Source of the DNA: Squalus acanthias
Lineage: Eukaryota
Assembly (NCBI GenBank): GCA_030390025.1
Contig: CM059430.1
Location: forward strand, 112,716,001-112,780,000
Length of the DNA: 64,000 nucleotides
Direction of reading: 5' to 3'
Within the stretch, counting starts at the first letter, position 1; each line of letters opens with the position of its first letter. The notes beneath the pieces were generated by a model. It was not told where the DNA came from. It saw only the letters and a list, made by a program, of their open reading frames with translations, and made no database searches. Below are positions 49,343 to 60,707 of the stretch, one piece after another. The translations under genes and the position numbers were made by a program.

Positions 49343-50093
49343 TCGCTGCAGGAGTTCCTCAGGTGGTGGATGGGTTGCCAATAAAGCGGGCTGTTTTGTC
49401 CTGGATGGTGTCGAGCTTCTTGAGTGTTGTTGGAGCTGCTCTCATCCAGGCAAGTGGAGAGTATTCCATCACACTCCTGACTTATGCCTTGTAGATGGTG
49501 GAAAGGCATTGGGGAGTCAGGAGGAGAAACACTCGTCGCAGAATACCCAGCCTCTGACCTGCTCTTGTAGCCACAGTATTTATGTAGCTGGTCCAGTTAA
49601 GTTTATGGTCAATGGTGACCCCCAGGATGTTGATGGTGGGGGATTCGGCGATGGTAATGCCATTGAATGTCATGGGGAAGGTGGTCAGATTCTCGCTTAT
49701 TGGAGATAGAAGTGCCAGGCAATGACTGTGGCGCGAATGTTACTTGCCACTTATCAGCCCAAGCCTGAATGTCGTCCAGGTCTTGTTGCATGCAGGCAAG
49801 AACTGCTTCATTATCTGAGGAGTTGCAAATGGAACTGAACACTGTGCAATCATCAGCGAACATCCCCAATTCTGACCTTATGATGGAGGGATGGTCATTG
49901 ATGAAGCAGCTGAAGATGGTTGGGCCTAAGACACTGCCCTGAGGAACTCCTGCAGCGATGTCCTGGGGCTGAGATGATTGATCAACAACAACAACCACAA
50001 CCATCTTCCTTTGCGCTAAGTATGACTCCAGTGGAGAGTTTTCCCCTTGATTCCCATTGACTTCAATTTTCTTATGGCTCCTTGATGCCACAA
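49343..50093 (-). mobile_element. Family B LINE fragment in opposite orientation, fused to the preceding copy
   Basis: Minus-strand WHQG through [14 protein letters not shown] to IGNPSTT. Confidence 0.85.
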
Positions 50094-50094
50094 G

Positions 50095-50340
50095 GGACAC
50101 TATGCAGGTAAGGAAATGGAGAAGCCCACCAGCATTTTTGGACTCCAGAATGACAACGCGTGGGTGGGAAAAGGAGTCATTGCTGGAGATGCATTGGTAG
50201 GTAAAAATGGAACCATGCAAGAGTAGTCCCATAAAACTGAATGATGGAGGATGATCTGGACAACTGTATCGAAAGCTATGGAGAGGCAGAGGAGGAAAAG
50301 GAGAGATAACATACTACAGCCAAAGTCATAAAAGTAGTGG
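50095..50340 (-). mobile_element. L2 RT relic
   Basis: SLLFLLCLSIAFDTV resembles L2 LLLLDLSAAFDTV. Confidence 0.55.
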
Positions 50341-50614
50341 CTCTCATCCGGGGGTCCATGAGAAGGTTTTAAGGGGTCCGACAAAAATGACCAGATTCTA
50401 TACAACATCCCACCCCTCACACACTCAGATTGGTTGGAGGACCTGCTCGGTTCTGGGGTTCACCCCGGCTGGAAAGCGCAGTGCAAGCGTCAAGCATTGG
50501 GAACAACAGCAAGTGCTGGGAACTCCCAGGGAGCGTCTGTAAATGATGGAGAAATGGTGACTGGTCAGGGCCAGCTCCCCATACCTTCCAGAGTGCCGTT
50601 CCCAACATTGGTAT

Positions 50615-50745
50615 CCCCAACCCTAAAATCTTAACTGTAATCCCGATCCCTAACCCGCAACCATAAAATCCTAACCCAAAACACTAACGTAATCCCCAAC
50701 CTCTAACTGTACACATAGTCCTAACATCCATCACTAATCCCTAAA
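50615..50745 (+). repeat. Degenerate (CCCTAA)n-like hexamer tract
   Basis: CCCCAA, CCCTAA, TCCTAA, CACTAA variants at ~6-nt period. Confidence 0.5.
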
Positions 50746-50751
50746 GTTTAT

Positions 50752-51391
50752 GGCGGAGAAATTCAGTATTGCCCCTTTTGGGGCACTAACTTTTAAAAGT
50801 TTAAAAACATTAGCGCCAGGCGCTAATGTTTTTCAACTTTTTAAAAAAATGTGGTTTTGCACTCCAGGAAGCAAGTGGAGCACCAAATCAAGCGTGTTGG
50901 AAGGCTCCTGCCCTCCCTTAAAGGGAAGGGCACCACTGCAGGCTCTGCAAGGAAAAAAAACTTACCTGGTCCCGACGGCAGCCGCGATCCAGCCCGATGC
51001 ACTGCAGCAGCGTGCCGGGCTGATTGCCAGCAATCAAAGAGCATTTGAGAATATTTTCCACTTACCTCGGCCACCTCGCCTTTAAGTAGCGCCACCGAAG
51101 CGCCCGGCCTCCCGATGAACGCCTCATGCAGCTGTTTTCGCCCAGCGATGCTGCAGGGGGCGGAACCAAAGTTCGGGTCCGATGCGCTACCGGGGCGATA
51201 CGCATGGCGATGACGTCACGATCTCCGGACAAAGGAAATCGGGGTACAACGCCATACCGCCGCCGTAAACCTCCCGCCAAATATAGTGGGAGTCGATCTT
51301 CTCGCCGCGCCCGGTTGGTAAGTGATTAATGCCCCGTTATCGCCCTCCAGAGGCGATAACGGGAGGCACCAAGATGCCCAATTTCTAGCCC
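50752..51391. mobile_element. Harbinger-like MITE, CpG-rich
   Basis: TIRs GGCGGAGAAATT / AATTTCTAGCCC; perfect 3-bp TSD TAT. Confidence 0.8.
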
Positions 51392-51404
51392 TATATGCTT
51401 AATT

Positions 51405-51775
51405 GCATAAGTTTTCAAATCTCTCCATGGCCTCGCCCCTCCCCATCTCTAATCTCCTCCAGTCCTACAACCCTCCGAGATATCTGTGCTCCTTCAGTTC
51501 TGGCCTCCTGAGCATCCCTGATTTTAATCGCTCCACCACTGGCAGCCATGCCTTCAGCTACCAAGCTCTGGAATTCCCTCCCTAAACCTCTCCCCTTCTC
51601 TACCGCTCTTTCCTCCTTCAAGACACTCCTTAAAACCTACCTCTTTGACCAAACTTTTGGTCATCTGCCCTAATATCTCATGTGGCTTGGTGTCAAATTC
51701 TGTTTGATAATGCTCCTGTGAAGCTTCTTGGGACATCTGGCTATGTTAAAGGCACGATATAAATACAAGTTGTTT
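51405..51775 (+). mobile_element. L2 LINE 3' end
   Basis: AFS...WNSLP...FKTLLKTYLF and L2 tail. Confidence 0.85.
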
Positions 51776-52249
51776 TATGTTAAAGGGGGTCTGTGGAATT
51801 TTTATAATTCGGGACGGGGGCCTCAGAAGCAAAAAAGTTGAAAGTCTCTGATAAAATGTATCATTTGTTACTAGCTAGCGCCATTGTCATGCCATAAGAA
51901 CAGTTGGGAGGGGGGTGGGGGAAAAGAAGCCAGACTGGGCAGATTTGAACAGAGTTTTGGGAGTGATTGATTAGTAGTTGCATCGGACAGATAAGTCGAG
52001 GGTGGGTTTTTCCAGGAGGGAGATGATAGTGATGATGATTTTGAAAGGGACAGAGATGGTGCCTGGAGAAAGGGAACAGCAACCAAGGCGAGCACACGAG
52101 TGAGCACAGAGAAAACCTGAATGATATAAACACGGCAGGGATCTAGACGAGGCAGGGAGGTGGTTTTGGGATGAGGACAGACAGAGAAGATAATCATGTT
52201 GAAATCTGAGGGCCAGTAGGCAACAGTGAAATGACATCTGGTTGTAGGA

Positions 52250-52680
52250 GCCTTGGTATGGGGGTATCTGTAAAAAGGAGTTACGAAGATTAAAAGTTCG
52301 ATCGATGCAGAGATTAAAACTAAGCAAACTTAAATATGAAGGTATAAACTAAAATTAGGGCTAACAACACAAAAGAATATCCTGAGGAATATAGACAGCA
52401 TAGAGAAGTGAAAGAAGATTAGAAGATAACCCCCTTCTTCTCAGAATAGTCTTGCAATTAGAGAGATGAAGAGGGGAAAATCTAGTTAAGGAGGATGAAA
52501 GTGTGTTGAAATATTGAATAAATATTTTGTATCTGTTTTTACAAATGCTGCTGAAAATTAGAGTGTATGTGTATCTGATGAGGAGGTGGGACAATTGATT
52601 AGTCGTAACTGTAGAAAAGGAATTAATTCTAAATGAATTCAAGTTTGGCAAGTGTGATAATTGACAGGGGGGAATGATGT
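52250..52680 (+). mobile_element. Ancient CR1 ORF2 relic
   Basis: ANNTKEYP, EILNKYFVSVFT. Confidence 0.55.
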
Positions 52681-52698
52681 TAAGCGCATATCCAAGTA

Positions 52699-53346
52699 CA
52701 GGAAACTCTTGTTTAACCGGCACCTAAATATCCGGAATTCTCTCTTAACCGGCAAAAATCATACTCCGAAAACTCCTCTCAAATAACCGGCAATGTTGCC
52801 AAGTCCGAGTCCGAGTCTCCCGCGAACGCCGAGTACTCCAAAAACTCCTCTCAAATAACCGGCAATGTTGCCGAGTCAGAGTCTCCCGCGAACGCTGAGC
52901 ACTCCGAAAACTCCTCTCAAATAACCGGCAATGTTTCCGAGTCCGAGTCTCCCGCGAACGCCAAGTACTCCAAAAACTCCTCTCAAATAACCGGCAATGT
53001 TGCCGAGTCCGAGTCCGAGTCTCCCGCGAACGCTGAGTACTCCGAAAACTCCTCTCAAATAACCGGCAATGTTGCCGAGTCCGAGTCTCCCGCGAACGCT
53101 GAGTACTCCGAAAACTCCTCTCAAATAACCGGCAATGTTGCCGAGTCCGAGTCCGAGTCTCCCGCGAACGCCGAGTTAGTCAGTGGGGGTAGTTCTCCAA
53201 AGTGCCACTACTCGGCCTCCTGGCGCTGTCGGAAGTCCGAACACTGCAGTAACATTAAAAATAGCCTCGGTAGATATAACTCTCCGTTATCCGGAACTTT
53301 TGATCAACCGGCACCACGCCGGTCCCGGATACCAAAGAGTTTCCTG
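52699..53346. mobile_element. Tc1/mariner (Tigger/pogo-like) MITE with internal minisatellite
   Basis: TIR CAGGAAACTCTT / AAGAGTTTCCTG; TA duplicated at 52697-52698 and 53347-53348. Confidence 0.85.
52763..53176 (+). repeat. Tandem array of six 66/72-bp units
   Basis: Unit lengths 72,66,66,72,66,72; differ by one CCGAGT hexamer. Confidence 0.95.
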
Positions 53347-53907
53347 TACTTTTTAAATGTGATGAGGGTTTCTGCCTCTACAACCCTTTCAGGCAGTGAA
53401 TTCCAGACCCCCACCACTCTCTGGGTGAAAAAAGTTCTCCTCAACTCCCCTCTAATCCTTTTACCAATTGCTTTAAATCTATGCCCCCTGGTTATTGACC
53501 TCTCTACTAAGGGAAATAGGTGCTTCTTATTCACTCTATCTAGGCCCCTCATAATTTTATACACCGCAATACGTCTCTGCTCCAAAGAAAACAAGCCCAG
53601 CCTATCCAATCTTTCCTCATAGCTAAAATTCTTACTTTTCTGACCAGTCTACCATGTGGAACCTTGTCAAAAGCCTTGCTAAAATCCATGTAGACTACAT
53701 GAACGTGCTACCCTCATCGACCCTCCTTGTAACCTCCTCAAAAAATTCAATCAAGTTAGTCAGACACGACCTTCCCTTAACAAATCCATGCTGACTGTCC
53801 TTGATTAATCTGTGCTTTTCTGAATGACAATTAATACTGTCCCTCAGAATTTTTTCCAATAATTTGCCCACCATCAAGGTTAGGCTGACTGGCCTGTAAT
53901 TACTCAA

Positions 53908-55193
53908 ATGAGAAGTCGCACAACACCAGGTTATAGTCCAACAGTTTTATTTGAAATCACAAGCTTTCGGAGCTGTTGCTCCTTCGTCGGGTGAAGTAAA
54001 GAGATACAGAATTGCCAAAGCATATATAGATAGAGAACAATGCATGTGTACCTTACAATGGTCGACGACTAAATTTAATCATCCTGACTGCCTTATGTCA
54101 CACCTCGGCAGATAAACAATCAGGTCAGCCAGGAAGGTCCCACATCAAAGACATAGCAAGATACAACTGAGACAATGAGGTGGAGTTACAGGGGGTCTAA
54201 CGTATCAAAAGCTGCAGTCAGTATGTAAAACGATAAACTTTAACATTTTTACTTTTTTACTGGGAATCACATCTGTGAACAAGCCAACGACGACTCGAGT
54301 CTGGATCACGTCATGTATCGTGACATAAACCCAAGATCCCGGTTGAGACCGTCCTCATGGGTGCGGAACTTGGCTATCAGTTTCTGCTCGATGATTTTGC
54401 GTTGTCGTGTGTTTCTAAGGCCGCCTTGGAGAACGCTTACCCGCAGATCCGAGGCTGAACGTTGCAGGAAAGAATGCACCGCGGCATGGTACATCGGCGA
54501 GACCATGCAGACACTGAGACAACGTATGAACGGACACCGCGCAACAATCACCAGGCAGGAGTGTTCCCTCCCAGTCGGGGAACACTTCAGCAGTCAAGGA
54601 CATTCAGCCTCGGATCTGCGGGTAAGCGTTCTCCAAGGCGGCCTTAGAAACACACGACAACGCAAAATCATCGAGCAGAAACTGATAGCCAAGTTCCGCA
54701 CTCATGAGGACGGTCTCAACCGGGATCTTGGGTTTATGTCACGATACATGACGTGATCCAGACTCGAGTCGTCGTTGGCTTGTTCACAGATGTGATTCCC
54801 AGTAAAAAAGTAAAAATGTTAAAGTTTATCGTTTTACATACTGACTGCAGCTTTTGACACGTTAGACCCCCTGTAACTCCACCTCATTGTCTCAGTTGTA
54901 TCTTGCTATGTCTTTGATGTGGGACCTTCCTGGCTGACCTGATTGCCTTTTGTCACACCTCGGCAGATAAACAGTCAGGTTGATTAAATTTAGTCGTCTA
55001 CCATTGTAAGGTACACATGCATTGTTCTCTATCTATATATGCTTTGGCGATTCTGTATCTCTTTACTTCACCCGACGAAGGAGCAACAGCTCCGAAAGCT
55101 TGCGATTTCAAATAAAACTGTTGGACTATAACCTGGTGTTGTGCGACTTCTCATTTTTGTCCACCCCAGTCCAACACCGGCATCTCCGCATCA
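53908..55193 (+). mobile_element. Penelope-like element, 5'-truncated with inverted 5' arm; GIY-YIG C-terminus and hammerhead motifs
   Basis: 13-bp TSD TGTAATTACTCAA; arms ~53906-54459 and 54603-55155 are reverse complements; WYIGET...LRQRMNGH...EHF...EQKLI...GLN in 54460-54756. Confidence 0.93.
55068..55105 (+). ncRNA. Minimal type I hammerhead ribozyme motif, core variant (CCGACGA); mirrored on minus strand at 53957-53994
   Basis: TCAC-CCGACGA-A-GGAGC-AACA-GCTCC-GAAA-GCTT-GCGA. Confidence 0.65.
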
Positions 55194-57159
55194 TGTAATT
55201 ACTCAATTTATCCCTTTCTCCCTTTTTAAACAATGGTACAATGTTAGCAGTCCTCCGGCACCACACCTGTAGCCAGGGAGGATTCAAAACTGATGGTCAG
55301 AGCCTCAGCTATTTCCTCCCTTGCTTCTCTTAACAGCCTAGGATACATGTCATCCGAGCCTGGCGATTTATCTGATTTCAAAGATGCTAAATCCCTCAAT
55401 ATTTCCTCTCTCACTAGGGTTCTCTCATCTAATATTTCACACACCTCCTTATCTGCAATGCCTGCATCATCCCTCTCTTCTGCAAAAACAGACGCAAAGT
55501 ATTCATTACGAACCATGCCCGCATCTTCCGCCTCCACACACAGGTTACCTTTTTGGTCTCTCATAGGCCTTACTCTTTCTTTAGTTATCCTCTTGCTTTT
55601 TATGTATTTATAAAACATCTTTGGGTTTTCCTTGATTTTACTTGCCAATATTTTTTCATGCCCTCTCTTTGCTTTCCTAATTTCTTTTTTAATTTCACCC
55701 CAAGCACTTTCTTTACTCCTCTAGGCTTTCTGCAGTATTTAGCTCTCGGTATCTGACATAAGTTTGCCTTATCCTACTCTGTATGCTCCTTTATATCCAG
55801 GGGGCTCTCGATTTGGGAGTCCCACCCTTTTTCTTTGTGGGAACATATCTGCACTGAACCCTCACTATCTCCTCCTTGAATGCCACCAACTGCTCTGACA
55901 CTTATTTACCTTCAAGTAGCTGTTTCCAATCCACTTTTGCTAAATCACATCTCAGCTTAGTAAAATTGGCCTTTCTCCAATAGAGAACTTTTACTCATGG
56001 TCCATCTTTGTTCTTTTCCATAACTACGCTAAATCTAACTGAATTATGATCACTACCACCACCCTTCCACCTGCCCAGCTTCATTCCTTAAACTCAAGTC
56101 CAGAACCACCCCACCCCCCGCTCCATCTTGTTGGGCTTGCTACGTACTGGCTAAAAAAAGTTTTCCTGAATGCATTTTAAGAATTCTGCGCCCTCTATAC
56201 CTTTTACACTGATTCTATCCCAGTTAATATTAGGGTAGTTGAAATCCCCTATTACTGCCTTATTGTTTTTGCACTTCAGAAATTTGCCAACATATTTGCT
56301 CTTGTATCTCCCTCCGAATATTTGGGGGGGGGGGGGAGCTATAGTACACTCCCAGCAGTGTGACTGCCCCTTTATTGTTCTCCAGTTCAACCCATATGGC
56401 CTCATTTGATGGACCACGACCTCTGGCTGTTCACCCTCCCACCTCATTGTCCTGCAGCCGCTCAGTGACATCCTTGACCCTGGCACTAGGGAGGCAACAT
56501 ACCATCCTGGAGTCACGTCTACGGCCACAGAAACGCATCTGTTCCCCTAACTATTGAATCCCCTATCACTATTGCTTTTATGACCTTCCTTCTCTCCCTC
56601 CTCGCAACCCTGTACAGCTGAGCCACCCATGGTCCAGTGGACTTGGCTCTGGCTGTACACCCCAGAGGAACCATCGCCCAAACCAGTATTCACAATACCT
56701 GTTAGAGAGCGAGATGCACTCAGGGTACTCCTGCACTAGCTGCCTGGTCCTCCTTGTCTGTCTAGCAGTCACCCATTCCCTCTCTGCCTGCACACTCTTA
56801 AGCTGCAAGGTGACCACCTCCTGAAACGTGCTATCCACGTAGCTCTCAGCCTCGCAGATGCACTGCAGTGACACCAGCCGCTGCTCAAGCTCCAAAACAC
56901 GGAGCTCAAGCTCCTCCAGCTGATGACACTTCCTGCACGTGTGGTTGTCCAGGACACGAGAAGTATCCTGGACTTCCCACATGGCACAGGATGTCAGCAT
57001 ATCAGGAAATTTTATACAAACCTCTTTACAAAGGTTTTGCATAAAATCATATCTATTTGTTCATGCTTCTCGTAAACAGAGTTTCAATTTCAGAGTCCTG
57101 TTACTGCGTTCTAAGTTAGTTAAAGTTCGCATAACTTGAATCAACGCCTTACACTGGTT

Positions 57160-57248
57160 GTCAAATTTTTTGTCTTATAATATTCCTGTGAAGCACTTTG
57201 GGACTTTTTACTACGTTAAAGGCGCTATAAATACAAGTTGTTGCTGTT
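57160..57248 (+). mobile_element. L2 3' tail fragment
   Basis: Matches 31710-31800. Confidence 0.7.
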
Positions 57249-58174
57249 TAAACTTATGGCACCTAGTTTCATAGTCTCCAAATTCTGTCATCGACACCAA
57301 GTGCAGCCTGTAACTCTGGTCATGACTAAGAAATTGAAGATGTACAGAGTTCAAAACAACTATGCTAAGCTACCACAGTTGGTTTGGTAGAGCCAAGACT
57401 ATGAACTGCAGCCTAAAAGAATCCTACTTCCAGCCTAAGATCAGTAGTGGGTAAGCTACTAGTGGTCATAACACAGGACAAAATTCATAGAGAGAGTTAA
57501 TTAAGGTTAGTCAGCAGGGATTTGTAAAAGGGCATGGTGTGTCTGGAAAATGTAAGAGTTCCTTGAGGAACTGAGTGCACTGATAAAGGAAATACAGAGG
57601 ATGTCATGTATATGGATTTTCAAAAAGGTGTTTGATAAGGTATACGAGGCTGGATGATAAATTAAGGTTCATGGTATTAAAAAGAATATGGCGTATTGGA
57701 TAGGACGTTGGCTAAAGGATAGAAAACCCAATAGTGGTTAATTGGAGGGCTGGTATCCTCCAGTGGTCAGTGTTGGGACCAGTGTGTGAAAGAATAAAGA
57801 CAGAACTTATTTATATTAAACAAATATTTTTAAAAAGGCTAATTTGATAAGGGTTTTTTTTAAGAAGAGATGCTAGATTTTATACATATGCAGAGTAAAA
57901 ATCAAAGAGGCAATGCTAGACGTACACAAATTGTTTAGGCAGCAGTTAGAATAGTGTGTCCAGTCTAGATCCCTTAATTTATGAAAAATTCATGATGGGG
58001 TGCAGAAAAAACTGAAAGATAACACTGGAGATGAGATGCTTTAGTTAGAAGAAACTAGAGAAACTGTGGCTCTTCGCTAAGAGAAAAAGGTTAAAAGCAG
58101 TTCTGATAGAAGTTAAAAATTCTGAGGGTCTTTGGTGAGGAAAGTATGAAAAACTATTCCACTGGCCAATGAGT

Positions 58175-58351
58175 TTTATTTGAAATCACAAGCTTTCGGT
58201 GTGCTGCTCCTTCGTCAGGTGACTTCACCTGACGAAGGAGCAGTGCTCCGAAAGCTTGTAATTTCAAATAAAACTGTTGGACTATAACCTGGTGTTGTGC
58301 GACTTCTCACATTTGTCCACCCTAGTCCAACACCAGCATCTCCACATCATG
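58175..58351 (+). mobile_element. Mini Penelope-like insertion: fold-back of hammerhead region plus 3' terminus
   Basis: Same terminus as 55068-55193; ~51-bp inverted arms 58172-58222 and 58225-58275; imperfect 14-bp TSD ACTGG(C/A)CAATGA(G/A)T. Confidence 0.88.
58225..58261 (+). ncRNA. Minimal type I hammerhead ribozyme motif with intact core; second copy on minus strand 58186-58222
   Basis: TCAC-CTGACGA-A-GGAGC-AGT-GCTCC-GAAA-GCTT: CUGANGA and GAAA boxes, 5-bp helix II, palindromic AAGCTT helix III. Confidence 0.75.
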
Positions 58352-58448
58352 ACTGGACAATGAATCAGCAACTAAACATAAATTTAAGGTCACCACCAAA
58401 AGAATGAAGGGACAGGTTAGGAGAATTTCTTGTACATGGAGAGCTTTT

Positions 58449-59191
58449 GGGCCGAAAATTGATCGCGGGACGCGAGAGTACGCACTGCGTACTCTCGCGT
58501 ATTCCCACTCCAATTGCTGGTTTTCTGCATGCCCTGCGCATGCGCTGAAAACCGGCAATTGCTCTTCTGAAAAGGGGGCGGGTCCTCGGTGCATCGCGTG
58601 CGCGCTACAGGCTGCGCGCACGCTGTGCACTTCATGCTTTGGACGCGCAGGTAAGTAGGGAAGATTTTGGAAATGTAAAAAGGAGGAGTAAGACCCGCTT
58701 TTAAGAAGGTAAGTAGTGAATTAAGTATTTTTTTGAATTTTTTTTTACAGGTATATCTTTTTTAGAGACTTTAAAGACAGGTAAGTTTATTTTTATAACT
58801 TTTTAAAAGATTTTAAATTTTTTCAAAAATTTAATTTTTTATTTAAAATGGTTAATTTAATTAACTATACTTATTTTATTAATGTGATGGTTTTTTTTTT
58901 AATTTAATTGAGGTTTAGCTGTTATTTTGGGGGGGTGTAAGATTCATAGATTTCACAGCAGGTCTGTGAAACTTATGAATGGAAGATGGTGTGCTGCCAT
59001 TGGCTCTAACTGAGTCACGTGATCCCACAGCTCGCACGAATTCACTACGCCGCTGGGATACGCAAGCCCAGCACAGCTGATGTCTGGAACATCAAGTTCG
59101 TGCGAGCTGGATCTGAAAAAGCACAAGCGAGGTGAGACATCGCGGGGAAGGCTTACCCCCGCGGGAACAGAGCGAGATCAATTTCTGGGCC
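58449..59191. mobile_element. Harbinger-like MITE, CpG-rich ends
   Basis: TIRs GGGCCGAAAATTGATCGCG / CGAGATCAATTTCTGGGCC; TSD TTT/ATT; interrupts CR1. Confidence 0.8.
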
Positions 59192-59420
59192 ATTAAGACA
59201 GGGAAAACTCAACCAGAAACAGTGGTGGTAGCCATAACTTAAAAATGTGGAAAAAACGTTATTTTTAAAAAACGGCAGGGAAAAGGGACTAAGTTGATAG
59301 CTCTTACATAGAGCCAGCACAGATGCAATGGATTGAATGCCTCCTTACATGCTATCAAATTCTATGATTCTGCGCTGCCCAAACAATCCTGATGCATAGA
59401 TGTGTGGCTCAGAATATAAT

Positions 59421-60147
59421 GGGCCTGAAATTGTGGTCGGAGGCTTCCCCCGGGCGGATGCCTCGGACTTGCAAAAAAATCTATCAACCTACCTGATGGT
59501 CCCGGAGGTTCGGACACTTGCGCTCCTGGGCATCTATGCGTAGGCCTGCATAGAGGCCCACTTATCCCAGGCGTGGGCCGGCCCAACCAATGATAGAAGG
59601 GGGATCCCCATTCATACTTATGGAGATTCCGTATGTATGGAACCTCCATAGGTATAAATTGGAATACCCCCCAAAATTACATTTAAATAATTTTTTTTAA
59701 ATCACATTTAAAATTAATCAAAATTGCATTTAATTAACTATCTAAAAAAAATATTATTTTTTGAAAAATAAATTAACTTATTTTAAATGGTCTAAAAATA
59801 AACTTACATTATTTTCCATGTGTTATGATGTTTAAATGAATGAAAAAAATGTTTTTTGATATCCTTTACAAGTCTTACGCTGGTAAAAGCAGGTCTTACG
59901 CCTGCTTTTACCAGGTGTAAGAATTTCACAGGCATTCAGTGTGCAGAAGTTGGGCAAACAGCCCAATTATCCGCCCGTGGATGCCCTTTTCCCGGGGATG
60001 GCTACGATCTGTCAAGATGATTCTTGGCAGATCGCAAGTTCCGGGTGTTAGCGCATGCGCTTCGCATGCCTAAACCCGGAACTTGCGCAGCCCCTACAGG
60101 CGCATATGCACCTCGTACGCACCCGTAGGGGCCGCAAAATACGGCCC
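59421..60147. mobile_element. Harbinger-like MITE
   Basis: TIRs GGGCCTGAAATTGTGG / CCGCAAAATACGGCCC; perfect TSD AAT. Confidence 0.82.
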
Positions 60148-60307
60148 AATGTTTCCGCTCAGACCTACCTATTGGAATTTTTCTTAACAGCAAGGATTCC
60201 TTTGGAAAACAAACACAGGAAAGTTTCCAAGTAATATTAACTGTGAAGACAATTTCTATTTTGGTTTCACCCACACTCAGGTATGCAAATCCTCCACGAA
60301 AGGTCTC

Positions 60308-60707
60308 CTCTCCAGAGACTGGAGCACAAAAATCTAGGTTGACACTCCAGTGCAGTACTGAGGGAGTGCTGCACTGTCGGACGTGCCGCCTTTCGGATGG
60401 GACGTTAAACTGAGGCCCTCCTCAGGTGGACGTAAAAGATCCTATGGCACTATTTCAAAGAAGAGCAGGGGAGTTATCCCCGGTGTCTTGGCCTATATCT
60501 ATCCCCCAATCAACATCACAAACAGATTATCTGGTCATTATCACATTGCTGTTTGTGGGAGCTTGCTGTGCACAAATTGGCTGTTGCGTTTCCTACATTA
60601 CAACAGTGACTACACTTCAAAACGTACTTCATTGGCTGTAAAGTGCTTTGGGACGTCTGGTGGTCGTGAAAGGCACTATATAAATGCAAGTCTTTCTTTT
60701 CTTTTTC
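60308..60707 (+). mobile_element. Deu-core SINE lacking tRNA head
   Basis: Matches 4505-4890. Confidence 0.85.

Larger units (their letters stand above)
43396..49343 (+). mobile_element. Family B Zenon-like LINE with tRNA-like 5' head, split by CR1 at 44425-48403
   Basis: A box TGGCACAGTGG (43406), B box GTTCAAATCC (43471); APE start (KVLLTN...KQQPGIVIFTKSY) at ~43677; sequence CAACC|TGGTTCAATGAGGAG (QPWFNEE) rejoins across the CR1. Confidence 0.8.
53347..56995 (-). mobile_element. CR1 LINE (second subfamily) with internal deletions, hosting a Penelope insertion
   Basis: ORF1 CAMWE...CRKC plus leucine-zipper-like heptads; GDFNYPNINW, KENPKMFY, NYRPVSL, RITRGH-type C-terminus. Confidence 0.9.
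57480..59370 (+). mobile_element. Old CR1 3' portion hosting a mini-Penelope and a MITE
   Basis: SQQGFVKG, MDFQK..FDK, decayed LFP, FKV; tail ...TTCTATGATTCT at ~59360. Confidence 0.7.

Noticed and set aside
52763-53176. CRISPR-like array
   Set aside because: Units are wholly repeated with no unique spacers, lie inside a TA-flanked MITE, and there are no cas genes; vertebrate context.
54313-54756. 147-aa ORF as a standalone nuclease gene
   Set aside because: The N-terminal third is antisense sequence from the inverted arm; only a truncated GIY-YIG C-terminus is real.
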